From the IMG/VR virus record IMGVR_UViG_3300044676_001103, positions 1-36,316 of that record: 36,316 nt of DNA; one strand, 5' to 3'. This DNA is from a virus. Its lineage: Duplodnaviria; Caudoviricetes. A program made the translations under genes and the position numbers. The number at the start of each line of letters is the position of its first letter. Position 1 is the stretch's first letter. Positions 1 through 6,654 of this stretch are shown one piece after another. The notes beneath the pieces are model-generated. The model was not told the DNA's origin and ran no database searches. It saw only the letters and a list, made by a program, of their open reading frames with translations.

Positions 1-23
1 CCCTGTTGTTTTTGTTTTGACAT
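1..23 (-). CDS. 5' fragment of next gene (MSKQKQQG...), possibly Holliday junction resolvase
   Basis: ATG at 23-21 overlaps the TAA of the upstream gene (TAATG). N-terminus resembles the MSKxKQKG start of actinophage resolvases. Only about 8 codons visible. Confidence 0.35.
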
Positions 24-460
24 TAGTCTTCTTTCTTAAATAGTTTTCTACCTTTCAATGCTTTAGAACTATTAAGAACTTTAGCTACAGCTTTTATGTA
101 ATCGATCATATCTGCACGCGGCAACCTACCATAATCTATTTGTGTACCACGTGTGATAAAAGAATAACTAAAGTAATCATACATATCATGCACGACTTCA
201 AGTTCGCCGACTCCTTTGTTAGTAACGATACCGACTCTAACCCCACCATAGTGTGGTCCAGGATCAGTTGGGAATGAAGGATCTATTTTAAGTATTGTTT
301 GTACTAGATTAGATTCACTAGCACTATCGTATGGAAAAAAATCTATCTTCTTTGATTCGTCTTCTTCTATACAGTATGTAATAGCTTCAAGAAAACCATT
401 ACATTCGTCCATCATATCCCAGACGTTACGTGCGCCTTTGCTCTGTAATACTTCTTTCAT
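23..460 (-). CDS. Hypothetical protein (145 aa)
   Basis: ORF in operon, 2 nt after the upstream stop. No recognisable motif. Confidence 0.75.
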   Translation of the reverse strand: MKEVLQSKGARNVWDMMDECNGFLEAITYCIEEDESKKIDFFPYDSASESNLVQTILKIDPSFPTDPGPHYGGVRVGIVTNKGVGELEVVHDMYDYFSYSFITRGTQIDYGRLPRADMIDYIKAVAKVLNSSKALKGRKLFKKED

Positions 461-462
461 TA

Positions 463-720
463 CTATAACTGTAGCTGAATTTGATCTTCAAGTCTATTCA
501 ACAACTGTTGTTTTTTCTTATGATCATTTAACTTATACATGCTGACACCACCTCTGTGACTGTGCATGCTGCACTTCTGACTAAGAATATAATCTTCGCC
601 ATGATCTGCACGTATCTCTGATATTCTATTGCGTGCTGACCAACCAAACTCTATAAGTTCTGTTGCGCAATGCCACTTGTCATCATCAAGTAGCTGCAAT
701 ATATCATCTCTCATTGTCAT
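463..720 (-). CDS. Winged helix-turn-helix DNA-binding protein
   Basis: ILQLL..DKWHCATEL...WSARNRISEIR..G..I pattern typical of small phage wHTH proteins. AAGGT RBS. Confidence 0.7.
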   Translation of the reverse strand: MTMRDDILQLLDDDKWHCATELIEFGWSARNRISEIRADHGEDYILSQKCSMHSHRGGVSMYKLNDHKKKQQLLNRLEDQIQLQL

Positions 721-735
721 TGTTTACCTTTTTTA

Positions 736-840
736 TAGATAGCTTGTAACACACAAGACATCTAATGATGTTAGCCAGAGGGGTTAAAGTCGTTTTTAAC
801 GCAACTAACACCCATTGTCCTTTGTGCTACAAGCTACCTA
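736..840 (-). ncRNA. Long (105 nt) RNA hairpin, candidate RNase III processing or regulatory element
   Basis: 18-bp outer stem (840-823 with 753-736) followed by inner stems. Several non-Watson-Crick positions are G-U pairs on the minus strand. Confidence 0.65.
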
Positions 841-1148
841 CTTCCTCCTATCTTATACCATTCATATTGCAATGTCAATTCACTGCCCATTAGTACGTTT
901 TCTATAGTATATATTAAAAATGTATTTCTGTCTTTGACTTTTTTTAAATTAGGTTTTGTACTGTGATTAATAAAACCACCTAATGGTGTACGCACATACT
1001 CATCAACATGTGGATATTTGTTTTTGTCAATGTGTATATGCGATACACCTAAGCAGATACCTCTGTCTATATCTACTAATGTGTATAAACCTATGCCTTC
1101 TATCTTGCTTGGTTTAATTGTGAGGTAATCAGGTAAAGGTCTATACAA
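834..1148 (-). CDS. SET-domain protein (lysine methyltransferase fold)
   Basis: SKIEGIGLYT, GGFINHSxxPN and ELTLQY SET motifs. TTG start overlapping the upstream micro-ORF. Confidence 0.9.
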   Translation of the reverse strand: MYRPLPDYLTIKPSKIEGIGLYTLVDIDRGICLGVSHIHIDKNKYPHVDEYVRTPLGGFINHSTKPNLKKVKDRNTFLIYTIENVLMGSELTLQYEWYKIGGSR

Positions 1149-1260
1149 GATCTTCTATTTCGTGTGCCATACAACCTACACATCTACCATCAAAATTTAA
1201 TGTTGTTTGTGGTGGATCACCACACTCAACACATTCTCCTAACCAACGCAAGTCTGTCAT
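1141..1260 (-). CDS. 39-aa zinc-finger microprotein (not in ORF track)
   Basis: MTDLRWLGECVECGDPPQTTLNFDGRCVGCMAHEIEDLV with two CxxC. ATG overlaps the upstream TAA and the ORF fills the gap. Confidence 0.8.
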   Translation of the reverse strand: MTDLRWLGECVECGDPPQTTLNFDGRCVGCMAHEIEDLV

Positions 1261-1895
1261 TATTTTCCTAATGATTTTTGTAAACTAACTTTATTTTTCT
1301 TAACATTATCTAATATTTTATTTACAGTTTGTACATCCATATCTAAAACTACACAAGCAAGACCTCTGTATGCTCTCATTCTTTGTCCTGCTCTAATAGT
1401 TTTTTGTTCATTTAATACATAACTTCGTTCAAAATTTTCAAATCTATTTGTCATATCTTGTAATTGTCTGTTTTTTAAAAGTAAAATTTGTATTAAATCT
1501 TCTTTATGTAATTTACTTAATGCACTTTCAAGTTTATTTTTTTGTACCTTTTTATTTTTTATATCATTAGCTCTTTGTATTGCTTGTTCAAACCAATACT
1601 TAATAGTCACACTGCTACGACTATATGGTGATTGAAAGTACAAAAAATCATAGTTGTACTGACATATAAAATTAATAATTTTTTCTGCCCAACTATTATT
1701 ACTAAAAAACAATTCTTCATCTGTTGCTGACTCTCTAAAACGCCACCAATAACGCCTGTGATTAGTACCTTCTATAAGAAATTTTCTTCTAGTTTCCTTC
1801 GTCCTTCTTTTATCAGATAGCTGTTTGTCATAATAATAACTGTAACTTCTCCAATTTTTTGTGTAACCTTCTAATACATCATCTAATGTTTTCAT
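1260..1895 (-). CDS. Hypothetical protein with C-terminal coiled coil
   Basis: 211-aa ORF with AAGGAG RBS. AT-rich relative to neighbours. Confidence 0.8.
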   Translation of the reverse strand: MKTLDDVLEGYTKNWRSYSYYYDKQLSDKRRTKETRRKFLIEGTNHRRYWWRFRESATDEELFFSNNSWAEKIINFICQYNYDFLYFQSPYSRSSVTIKYWFEQAIQRANDIKNKKVQKNKLESALSKLHKEDLIQILLLKNRQLQDMTNRFENFERSYVLNEQKTIRAGQRMRAYRGLACVVLDMDVQTVNKILDNVKKNKVSLQKSLGK

Positions 1896-1940
1896 TATTC
1901 TCCTTCTTCAAACCAATTATCGTTTTTCTTATTTCTTCTG

Positions 1941-2066
1941 TCACTTGTTAAGATCAAAGTCTTCATCAGGATCATTATGCTTGTTAATCATAACTCCCAT
2001 AACCATCTCTTTAAATTCTTCTGAACCAACCTTTATACTTGGTCCATCAAACGGATTCTTGCTCAT
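1941..2066 (-). CDS. 41-aa hypothetical protein (not in ORF track)
   Basis: MSKNPFDGPSIKVGSEEFKEMVMGVMINKHNDPDEDFDLNK. GAGGTGG RBS. Fills the operon gap. Confidence 0.65.
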   Translation of the reverse strand: MSKNPFDGPSIKVGSEEFKEMVMGVMINKHNDPDEDFDLNK

Positions 2067-2172
2067 CTTCCACCTCTTCCCTTACATCTATTGGTATATG
2101 CTTAGGTGCATTTTCAAACTCAATGTCCTGGAATACACCTGCACTGTCAACTTTTATTATTATTGTAAACAT
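2047..2172 (-). CDS. 41-aa acidic hypothetical protein (not in ORF track)
   Basis: MFTIIIKVDSAGVFQDIEFENAPKHIPIDVREEVEDEQESV. TAATG overlap with the upstream gene. Confidence 0.7.
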   Translation of the reverse strand: MFTIIIKVDSAGVFQDIEFENAPKHIPIDVREEVEDEQESV

Positions 2173-2930
2173 TAAAAAGGTGCTTGACCTTCTGCTGTCT
2201 CATCTATTGGTTTTGCTTTTGGCATTGCAGGCATAAACCATTCTTCAGGTGCTTGTTTAGCTGCGTTAAATGATTCCATGTAATAGATACGTGGATTACC
2301 ATTGTCACATTCTTTGTTCTTACACTTCCAATCAGGATATGTATCTTTAATTTTACCGCTTGCTTTGTCTACTCTGTTATCCCATAGCTCACTGCTGCAG
2401 CTTAAACATCTTGGTTCTATCGTGCCATTAGTTACTACAACTTTTTCCTGAACCACTACACCGATCTCTTCTAATGCTGCTTTAGTATCTTCTACTGGAC
2501 CAGTAGGTACATCTTTAATCTTTTCTTGTACAGACGGTGAAGGAGTGTAGCTATTGCTGTTGCCAGTTTTAGCTGCACTCTTGGTAACTTGACTGTCCGA
2601 CAAGTTCTTCACCTTCTGCATTTCTGTGACTGATGGACGTTTTTTTGCTGCGTAAATCCAATTAGCTAATGCTCTACCTATAGCTGATGTCTCACCATTT
2701 TCTATCCATGATGTTTGATTAGCACCCACTGGACCATGTTGATCTTGTGCTAAACCTGTTGCTACAGGAAACTCATCTTTAAAATCTATGTAAACTTCAC
2801 ATCTATGTATTGCATTTTTAAAGTCTTCACTAATGTGTAAAATCTCTGTGTGAATCCTACCGCTAGGATTATCTTTCCAAAATTTTTTAAGTCTATCTTC
2901 TACATTATCGTATTCGTCTTGCCATGCCAT
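2172..2930 (-). CDS. Putative single-strand annealing (recombination) protein with C-terminal zinc ribbon
   Basis: Y..VEDRL..FW...P.GRI.T ... ATGLA ... ENGETSAIGRALA motif of a widespread phage SSAP-like family. CxxC...WDNR...PDWKC..KEC. Ends in an SSB-like acidic tail with PF. Confidence 0.65.
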   Translation of the reverse strand: MAWQDEYDNVEDRLKKFWKDNPSGRIHTEILHISEDFKNAIHRCEVYIDFKDEFPVATGLAQDQHGPVGANQTSWIENGETSAIGRALANWIYAAKKRPSVTEMQKVKNLSDSQVTKSAAKTGNSNSYTPSPSVQEKIKDVPTGPVEDTKAALEEIGVVVQEKVVVTNGTIEPRCLSCSSELWDNRVDKASGKIKDTYPDWKCKNKECDNGNPRIYYMESFNAAKQAPEEWFMPAMPKAKPIDETAEGQAPF

Positions 2931-3175
2931 TAGTCGTTCTCCTCCTCATTCATGTCTTGTACTTTATCTATGTGGTATTCTACCCACACTTTTGTTTTTT
3001 TACCAACACTATATTGTTTTAGTAAATCTGTAATACTTTGTTCCATGTGATTAAAAATTAAATCAAACACTTCTTCTGCTTCTTTTATATTGCTTGCAGT
3101 AATTATATAATCACGTGTACTGTTGTCAGTAAACATAACTTTTACATCTCTATCCATTGGATCTGGTGCGCTCAT
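2930..3175 (-). CDS. Hypothetical protein (81 aa)
   Basis: ATGA and TAATG overlaps with both neighbours. Confidence 0.75.
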   Translation of the reverse strand: MSAPDPMDRDVKVMFTDNSTRDYIITASNIKEAEEVFDLIFNHMEQSITDLLKQYSVGKKTKVWVEYHIDKVQDMNEEEND

Positions 3176-3372
3176 TCTTCTTCTCCTATAGCTATAGCAG
3201 TATTCATCATCTCGTTGTAATCAGTTACAAACTTTGTTGTTAAATCTTCTACTTTTTTTGGATTAATTTTGTTAAGTTTAATAGATGTCTGTGACACTTC
3301 TTGTCCACCGCATGCGTTAGCCATAGCTATCGCCCACTTCTTCATCTCCTTTTGACTTGTAAATAAGTTCAT
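3172..3372 (-). CDS. Hypothetical protein (66 aa)
   Basis: ORF packed in the early operon. Confidence 0.7.
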   Translation of the reverse strand: MNLFTSQKEMKKWAIAMANACGGQEVSQTSIKLNKINPKKVEDLTTKFVTDYNEMMNTAIAIGEEE

Positions 3373-3375
3373 AAC

Positions 3376-3612
3376 TTAGTCGCCGCCGCGTTCTGATCTA
3401 ACAAATACATAATGTATAACGTTATTCCAGTTCTCAAAATGGTGTATGTATAAACCATTTTTTTGTAACCAGGCAGCTAATTCTCCTGTGCTGTCTATGT
3501 ACTTAGGACTGTTTTTATGTATTACAACAAATCCTCTACCAGTTTCACCAACTGATTGTACAAGTTCAGACAACATAAAGTTATCATCAAACGTAGTATT
3601 AATTGCAGTCAT
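3376..3612 (-). CDS. Hypothetical protein (78 aa), first gene of early operon
   Basis: GGGAGGT RBS directly downstream of a sigma70-type promoter. Confidence 0.8.
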   Translation of the reverse strand: MTAINTTFDDNFMLSELVQSVGETGRGFVVIHKNSPKYIDSTGELAAWLQKNGLYIHHFENWNNVIHYVFVRSERGGD

Positions 3613-3630
3613 TACTACCTCCCACTATTA

Positions 3631-3659
3631 ATTATATAGCATAAATACAGAATCGTAAA
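3631..3659 (-). promoter_or_regulatory. Housekeeping-sigma promoter for early operon
   Basis: TTTACG (3659-3654), 17-nt spacer, TATAAT (3636-3631). Confidence 0.75.
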
Positions 3660-3665
3660 GAATTT

Positions 3666-3701
3666 AAAGAAAAACACCAGATCGAAGTTATGATCTGGTG
3701 T
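3666..3701 (-). terminator. Intrinsic terminator
   Basis: Perfect 10-bp stem ACACCAGATC/GATCTGGTGT, 8-nt loop, followed by UUUUCUUU on the minus strand. Confidence 0.85.
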
Positions 3702-3748
3702 CAAGGATCAGAGTAAAGGAGGAAACCTCTGACCAATGAAGTGACTTG
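3666..3748 (-). ncRNA. Candidate sRNA-1 with anti-SD loop
   Basis: Bounded by an extended -10 promoter and a terminator. Stem GGUCAGAG/CUCUGAUC presents loop GUUUCCUCCUUUA. No AUG-initiated ORF inside. Confidence 0.65.
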
Positions 3749-3774
3749 ACAATAATTATAGCATGCAGTAATCT
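3746..3774 (+). promoter_or_regulatory. Plus-strand sigma70-type promoter (sRNA-2)
   Basis: TTGACA (3746-3751), 17-nt spacer, TAATCT (3769-3774). Confidence 0.6.
3755..3763 (-). promoter_or_regulatory. Extended -10 promoter (sRNA-1)
   Basis: TG-C-TATAAT. Confidence 0.65.
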
Positions 3775-3780
3775 GTGAAG

Positions 3781-3860
3781 ATAGTTATCTTACGTGTCAT
3801 AACGTTAGACAACTCCTTCCACAAGCAATAAAGCGGACCTGCGAGTCCGCTTTGCTTTAT
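3781..3860 (+). ncRNA. Candidate sRNA-2 (plus strand) with ACUCCUUCC motif
   Basis: Starts about 6 nt after the -10 box and ends in hairpin 3830-3853 plus a U-rich run. No AUG within. Confidence 0.5.
3823..3858. terminator. Probable bidirectional intrinsic terminator ending the late operon
   Basis: 9-bp stem AAAGCGGAC/GTCCGCTTT with 6-nt loop immediately after the stop of 3857..5077. U-rich on both strands. Confidence 0.75.
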
Positions 3861-5077
3861 ACTATCTCTTTATTATTGTGTCCATTCTGATCTATAACCA
3901 TAGTCATTACACCTTGTTTAGTTTTCTTACCTGCTTGATGTTCAAACCATGTTGATTCATCTAAGCTAGGTACCTGGATCCAGGTGCGTCCATCATGTAA
4001 TTCACGGTGATGATGGTAATGACCTGTAACAAGTATGTCACTGGATCCTGCATGAAAGCCACCAAATGTCTGATTCTTCCACCAGTTCATAAGTTTATTT
4101 TCTACTGATCCACTGTAACCTGCAAGATGTCCGTGTGTAAAGCTCATGTTTGTGCCACATACATTAAGTGATAAGTGTGGTTCATCTGGTATAACAAACT
4201 TTACATGTTTGTATTGTGGTTTGTCTGCAAATATTTCAGCTATTTGTTCAAACACTTCTATGTCATAGTTGTCCATCTCACCTGTTGGTGCTAAGTTCTT
4301 TGCAATTCTTTTAGTACCATGATTACCTGGTACTGCACCTACTACAACAACATCAAAGTCTCTTGACCATTCAACTAATGCTTTAGCAATTAATCTTCTA
4401 GCTAACTTCATCTGATTACGATAGTCAAGCTCTACGCCGTTAGGTCCCATTGCTTGTGGGTAAAATCCTACGCAGCCCTCGACAATATCACCTAATCCTA
4501 CAACTGTTAACTGATCAAGCTGCACTCCTGCTTTACGCAAGAAGTTATAACGATCACGTACTGTATCTATCTTTTCTAAAAATCTATTTACAATAGCTTC
4601 AGTTCCACCACCATCACGCTTGCCTAACTGTAGATCAGATATAGCAACAAAGAAACTAGCTTGTGGTTTTGTTACTTTAGGTTTAGCTTTACGCTTGTAA
4701 GTTTGGATCCATTTAGATATACGATCATAATCTTCTTTGTCTAGTGCATGTTCTTTGTACACGATCTGTGCTTTGTATGCCCATGCTTGTTGCACGTCTC
4801 CTTTGCCCATATTCATATCCCACGTGCTTACACGTATAGTGTCATTTAGAATAGAATACTTGTCAGGATCGAATCCCCACGATCTAAGAAGATCATTAAA
4901 CTCTGGACTAGCATTGTCCATAGCTCTTGTTGTTATAGTACCTGTCTTAGTTTTGTAATTAAATTCTACGCCAGGTTCCCAACCGTTAGGGTGGTTAGGT
5001 GTATCTTTAACTTCGTTGTGTGCTACGTCCTGTTGGGTTGCAGTAAGTTTACTTACCTGCGAGTTGTTTTTTTGCAT
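3857..5077 (-). CDS. Calcineurin-like metallophosphoesterase (Mre11-like nuclease of actinophages)
   Basis: SDLQLGK, GDIVEG, GNHG, THGH and GHYHH motifs in canonical order. Confidence 0.9.
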   Translation of the reverse strand: MQKNNSQVSKLTATQQDVAHNEVKDTPNHPNGWEPGVEFNYKTKTGTITTRAMDNASPEFNDLLRSWGFDPDKYSILNDTIRVSTWDMNMGKGDVQQAWAYKAQIVYKEHALDKEDYDRISKWIQTYKRKAKPKVTKPQASFFVAISDLQLGKRDGGGTEAIVNRFLEKIDTVRDRYNFLRKAGVQLDQLTVVGLGDIVEGCVGFYPQAMGPNGVELDYRNQMKLARRLIAKALVEWSRDFDVVVVGAVPGNHGTKRIAKNLAPTGEMDNYDIEVFEQIAEIFADKPQYKHVKFVIPDEPHLSLNVCGTNMSFTHGHLAGYSGSVENKLMNWWKNQTFGGFHAGSSDILVTGHYHHHRELHDGRTWIQVPSLDESTWFEHQAGKKTKQGVMTMVIDQNGHNNKEIV

Positions 5078-5240
5078 ACTCTTTTAGTACAACTATTACT
5101 GATCCACCACCTGCAATTGCTGCAGCTTGTATCGCTGTAATGTCTAAGTCGAGTGCAGGACCTACAAGTAAAGCAGAACCAAATGCTTCAATGAATGTCC
5201 ATACAACTTTTTCGATAAGTGCTTTGAGTTCGTTACTCAT
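5049..5240 (-). CDS. Holin (r1t-like)
   Basis: EKVVWTFIEAF motif (compare ERAxxTFAQ), two hydrophobic segments, basic C-terminus, adjacent to the candidate lysin. Confidence 0.75.
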   Translation of the reverse strand: MSNELKALIEKVVWTFIEAFGSALLVGPALDLDITAIQAAAIAGGGSVIVVLKEYAKKQLAGK

Positions 5241-5252
5241 ATTATCTCCAGT

Positions 5253-5816
5253 CTATATTATTGGTCTTCCCTGTAGTTTAGCGTCAATTCGTGTCACTTT
5301 TTCGTAAATAGAATCTAACGTTTTACTATCGGAACTTTGTTCTGGTGCGGCAGCACCATCTAAATTTATCTTACTTACTTCTAATGTAACTGGTTTACCT
5401 TGTAATAATACTTTTGCAACCTTCGCATACATATTTTGATACGCTATGCGTGACTGTCCAATCATACCGTCTTTACCTAAATCAAGATCTTGTTGTGTGT
5501 TACCTGTGAGAATACAACCAGATGTATGTTCGTCCGTATTCCCAGAGTGGATAAGAATGTACTGAAATCCAGGTACCTTTTGTAGTTCTAACATACCGTA
5601 GTGTGCATTCTTATATCTTGCACTGTATTTCTGGTGAAATCCACCAACTTTTCTAAACTTTATATCGTATGTACCTTCAGGTATGCAGGTTTCGTGCATT
5701 ACTTTTACTGCTTGATACTGGTCTTCAAGTGTGTAACACTCAAACTTACCGTCAATATACATAAGACCATTGGTAGCGTCTATACCAAACTGTGTACGAA
5801 CAACTTGTATTTTCAT
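5253..5816 (-). CDS. DUF5675-family protein, candidate endolysin (YkuD/L,D-transpeptidase-like His-Cys site)
   Basis: CYTLED, CIPEGTY, VPGFQYILIHSGNTDEHTSGCIL motifs. GGGAG RBS. Next to the holin. Confidence 0.8.
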   Translation of the reverse strand: MKIQVVRTQFGIDATNGLMYIDGKFECYTLEDQYQAVKVMHETCIPEGTYDIKFRKVGGFHQKYSARYKNAHYGMLELQKVPGFQYILIHSGNTDEHTSGCILTGNTQQDLDLGKDGMIGQSRIAYQNMYAKVAKVLLQGKPVTLEVSKINLDGAAAPEQSSDSKTLDSIYEKVTRIDAKLQGRPII

Positions 5817-5828
5817 TATTCTCCCTGT

Positions 5829-5930
5829 TTACTTAACCTTAGTATAGTCTTTGCATTGGGGATTTGTACAGTATAGTTTACTGTTTTTAACAAGAAGATG
5901 TTGTCCGCATTTAGGACAAGATACTTTCGT
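5829..5930 (-). CDS. 33-codon zinc-ribbon frame with non-canonical (ACG) or missing start
   Basis: (T/M)KVSCPKCGQHLLVKNSKLYCTNPQCKDYTKVK. In frame with the TAG of the upstream gene. Fills the gap. Confidence 0.55.
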   Translation of the reverse strand, partial: TKVSCPKCGQHLLVKNSKLYCTNPQCKDYTKVK

Positions 5931-5936
5931 ATTATC

Positions 5937-6101
5937 CTACCTGCTAGCTGCCCACATGTTGTCCACCATATTAGGATATTTACGACCATTAGCTGCAGCT
6001 CTAGCTTTTGCCTTTGCTTTTTGTGCAGGTGTCAGCTTCTTTGATTTGCCTAAACCTTTTGGTCTTGGTTTATCCCAGATTGGTTTTTGTTTTTTTGCCA
6101 T
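5937..6101 (-). CDS. 54-aa basic phage protein (not in ORF track)
   Basis: MAKKQKPIWDKPRPKGLGKSKKLTPAQKAKAKARAAANGRKYPNMVDNMWAASR. YPNxVDN motif recognised from small phage proteins. AGGA RBS. Confidence 0.85.
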   Translation of the reverse strand: MAKKQKPIWDKPRPKGLGKSKKLTPAQKAKAKARAAANGRKYPNMVDNMWAASR

Positions 6102-6107
6102 TCTTTC

Positions 6108-6359
6108 CTACCATTTATGTTTGCAAGCCCAATATCCTGCAGTAAATTTATCTTTCTTTGCACTGCAATTGTGTCTTGCATGAAACGCTTGATTTCTTTT
6201 AGTTCCTTTAGGACTACCTTTTTTTCCTGCTTGTCCAAATCTTACTAGCTTTACCTTATCGCCTTTTTTTGCTAAGACAACATGGGATTTACCGCCAGAG
6301 ACTTGCGCTTTAGGTTTATTATAACCAGAAAATGTTTGTCCTCTGTACTTAATAGTCAT
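6108..6359 (-). CDS. Small basic phage protein (FG...F.ARH.C...YW family)
   Basis: KLVRFGQ.G, AFHARHNC and TAGYWAC motifs of a common viral family of unknown function. Confidence 0.85.
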   Translation of the reverse strand: MTIKYRGQTFSGYNKPKAQVSGGKSHVVLAKKGDKVKLVRFGQAGKKGSPKGTKRNQAFHARHNCSAKKDKFTAGYWACKHKW

Positions 6360-6361
6360 GA

Positions 6362-6430
6362 CTACCTAGTCATTTTTTTCTTACGCTTAGAAGAATATCT
6401 TTTTTTCTTCCCTGCTTTTGTGTAAGGCAT
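6362..6430 (-). CDS. 22-aa highly basic peptide (not in ORF track)
   Basis: MPYTKAGKKKRYSSKRKKKMTR. TAATG overlap, ends 2 nt before the next ATG. Confidence 0.7.
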   Translation of the reverse strand: MPYTKAGKKKRYSSKRKKKMTR

Positions 6431-6654
6431 TACCTACTCGCTCTCTGTGATGGATTGTCACCACTATCTTTACGTAATCCTATAGTTAATAACCATAAGA
6501 TCGTACTTAATATTATAGCAACACCGACTATGTCTTTAGCTGTGCCAGTCAAAGTTAGCCATGCTATAAAAAAACCTAGTAAAGTAAACGTTTGTGCAAT
6601 CGTTTCTTTTAATATATCTTTTATCCAGTTAATTAATTTTTTTATATACTTCAT
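6430..6654 (-). CDS. Two-TM membrane protein
   Basis: FTLLGFFIAWLTL and IVGVAIILSTILWLLTIGL hydrophobic helices. ATGA overlap. Confidence 0.8.
   Translation of the reverse strand: MKYIKKLINWIKDILKETIAQTFTLLGFFIAWLTLTGTAKDIVGVAIILSTILWLLTIGLRKDSGDNPSQRASR

Noticed and set aside
6050-6238. 62-aa minus-strand ORF
   Set aside because: Alternative frame overlapping two better-supported genes (6108..6359 and 5937..6101).
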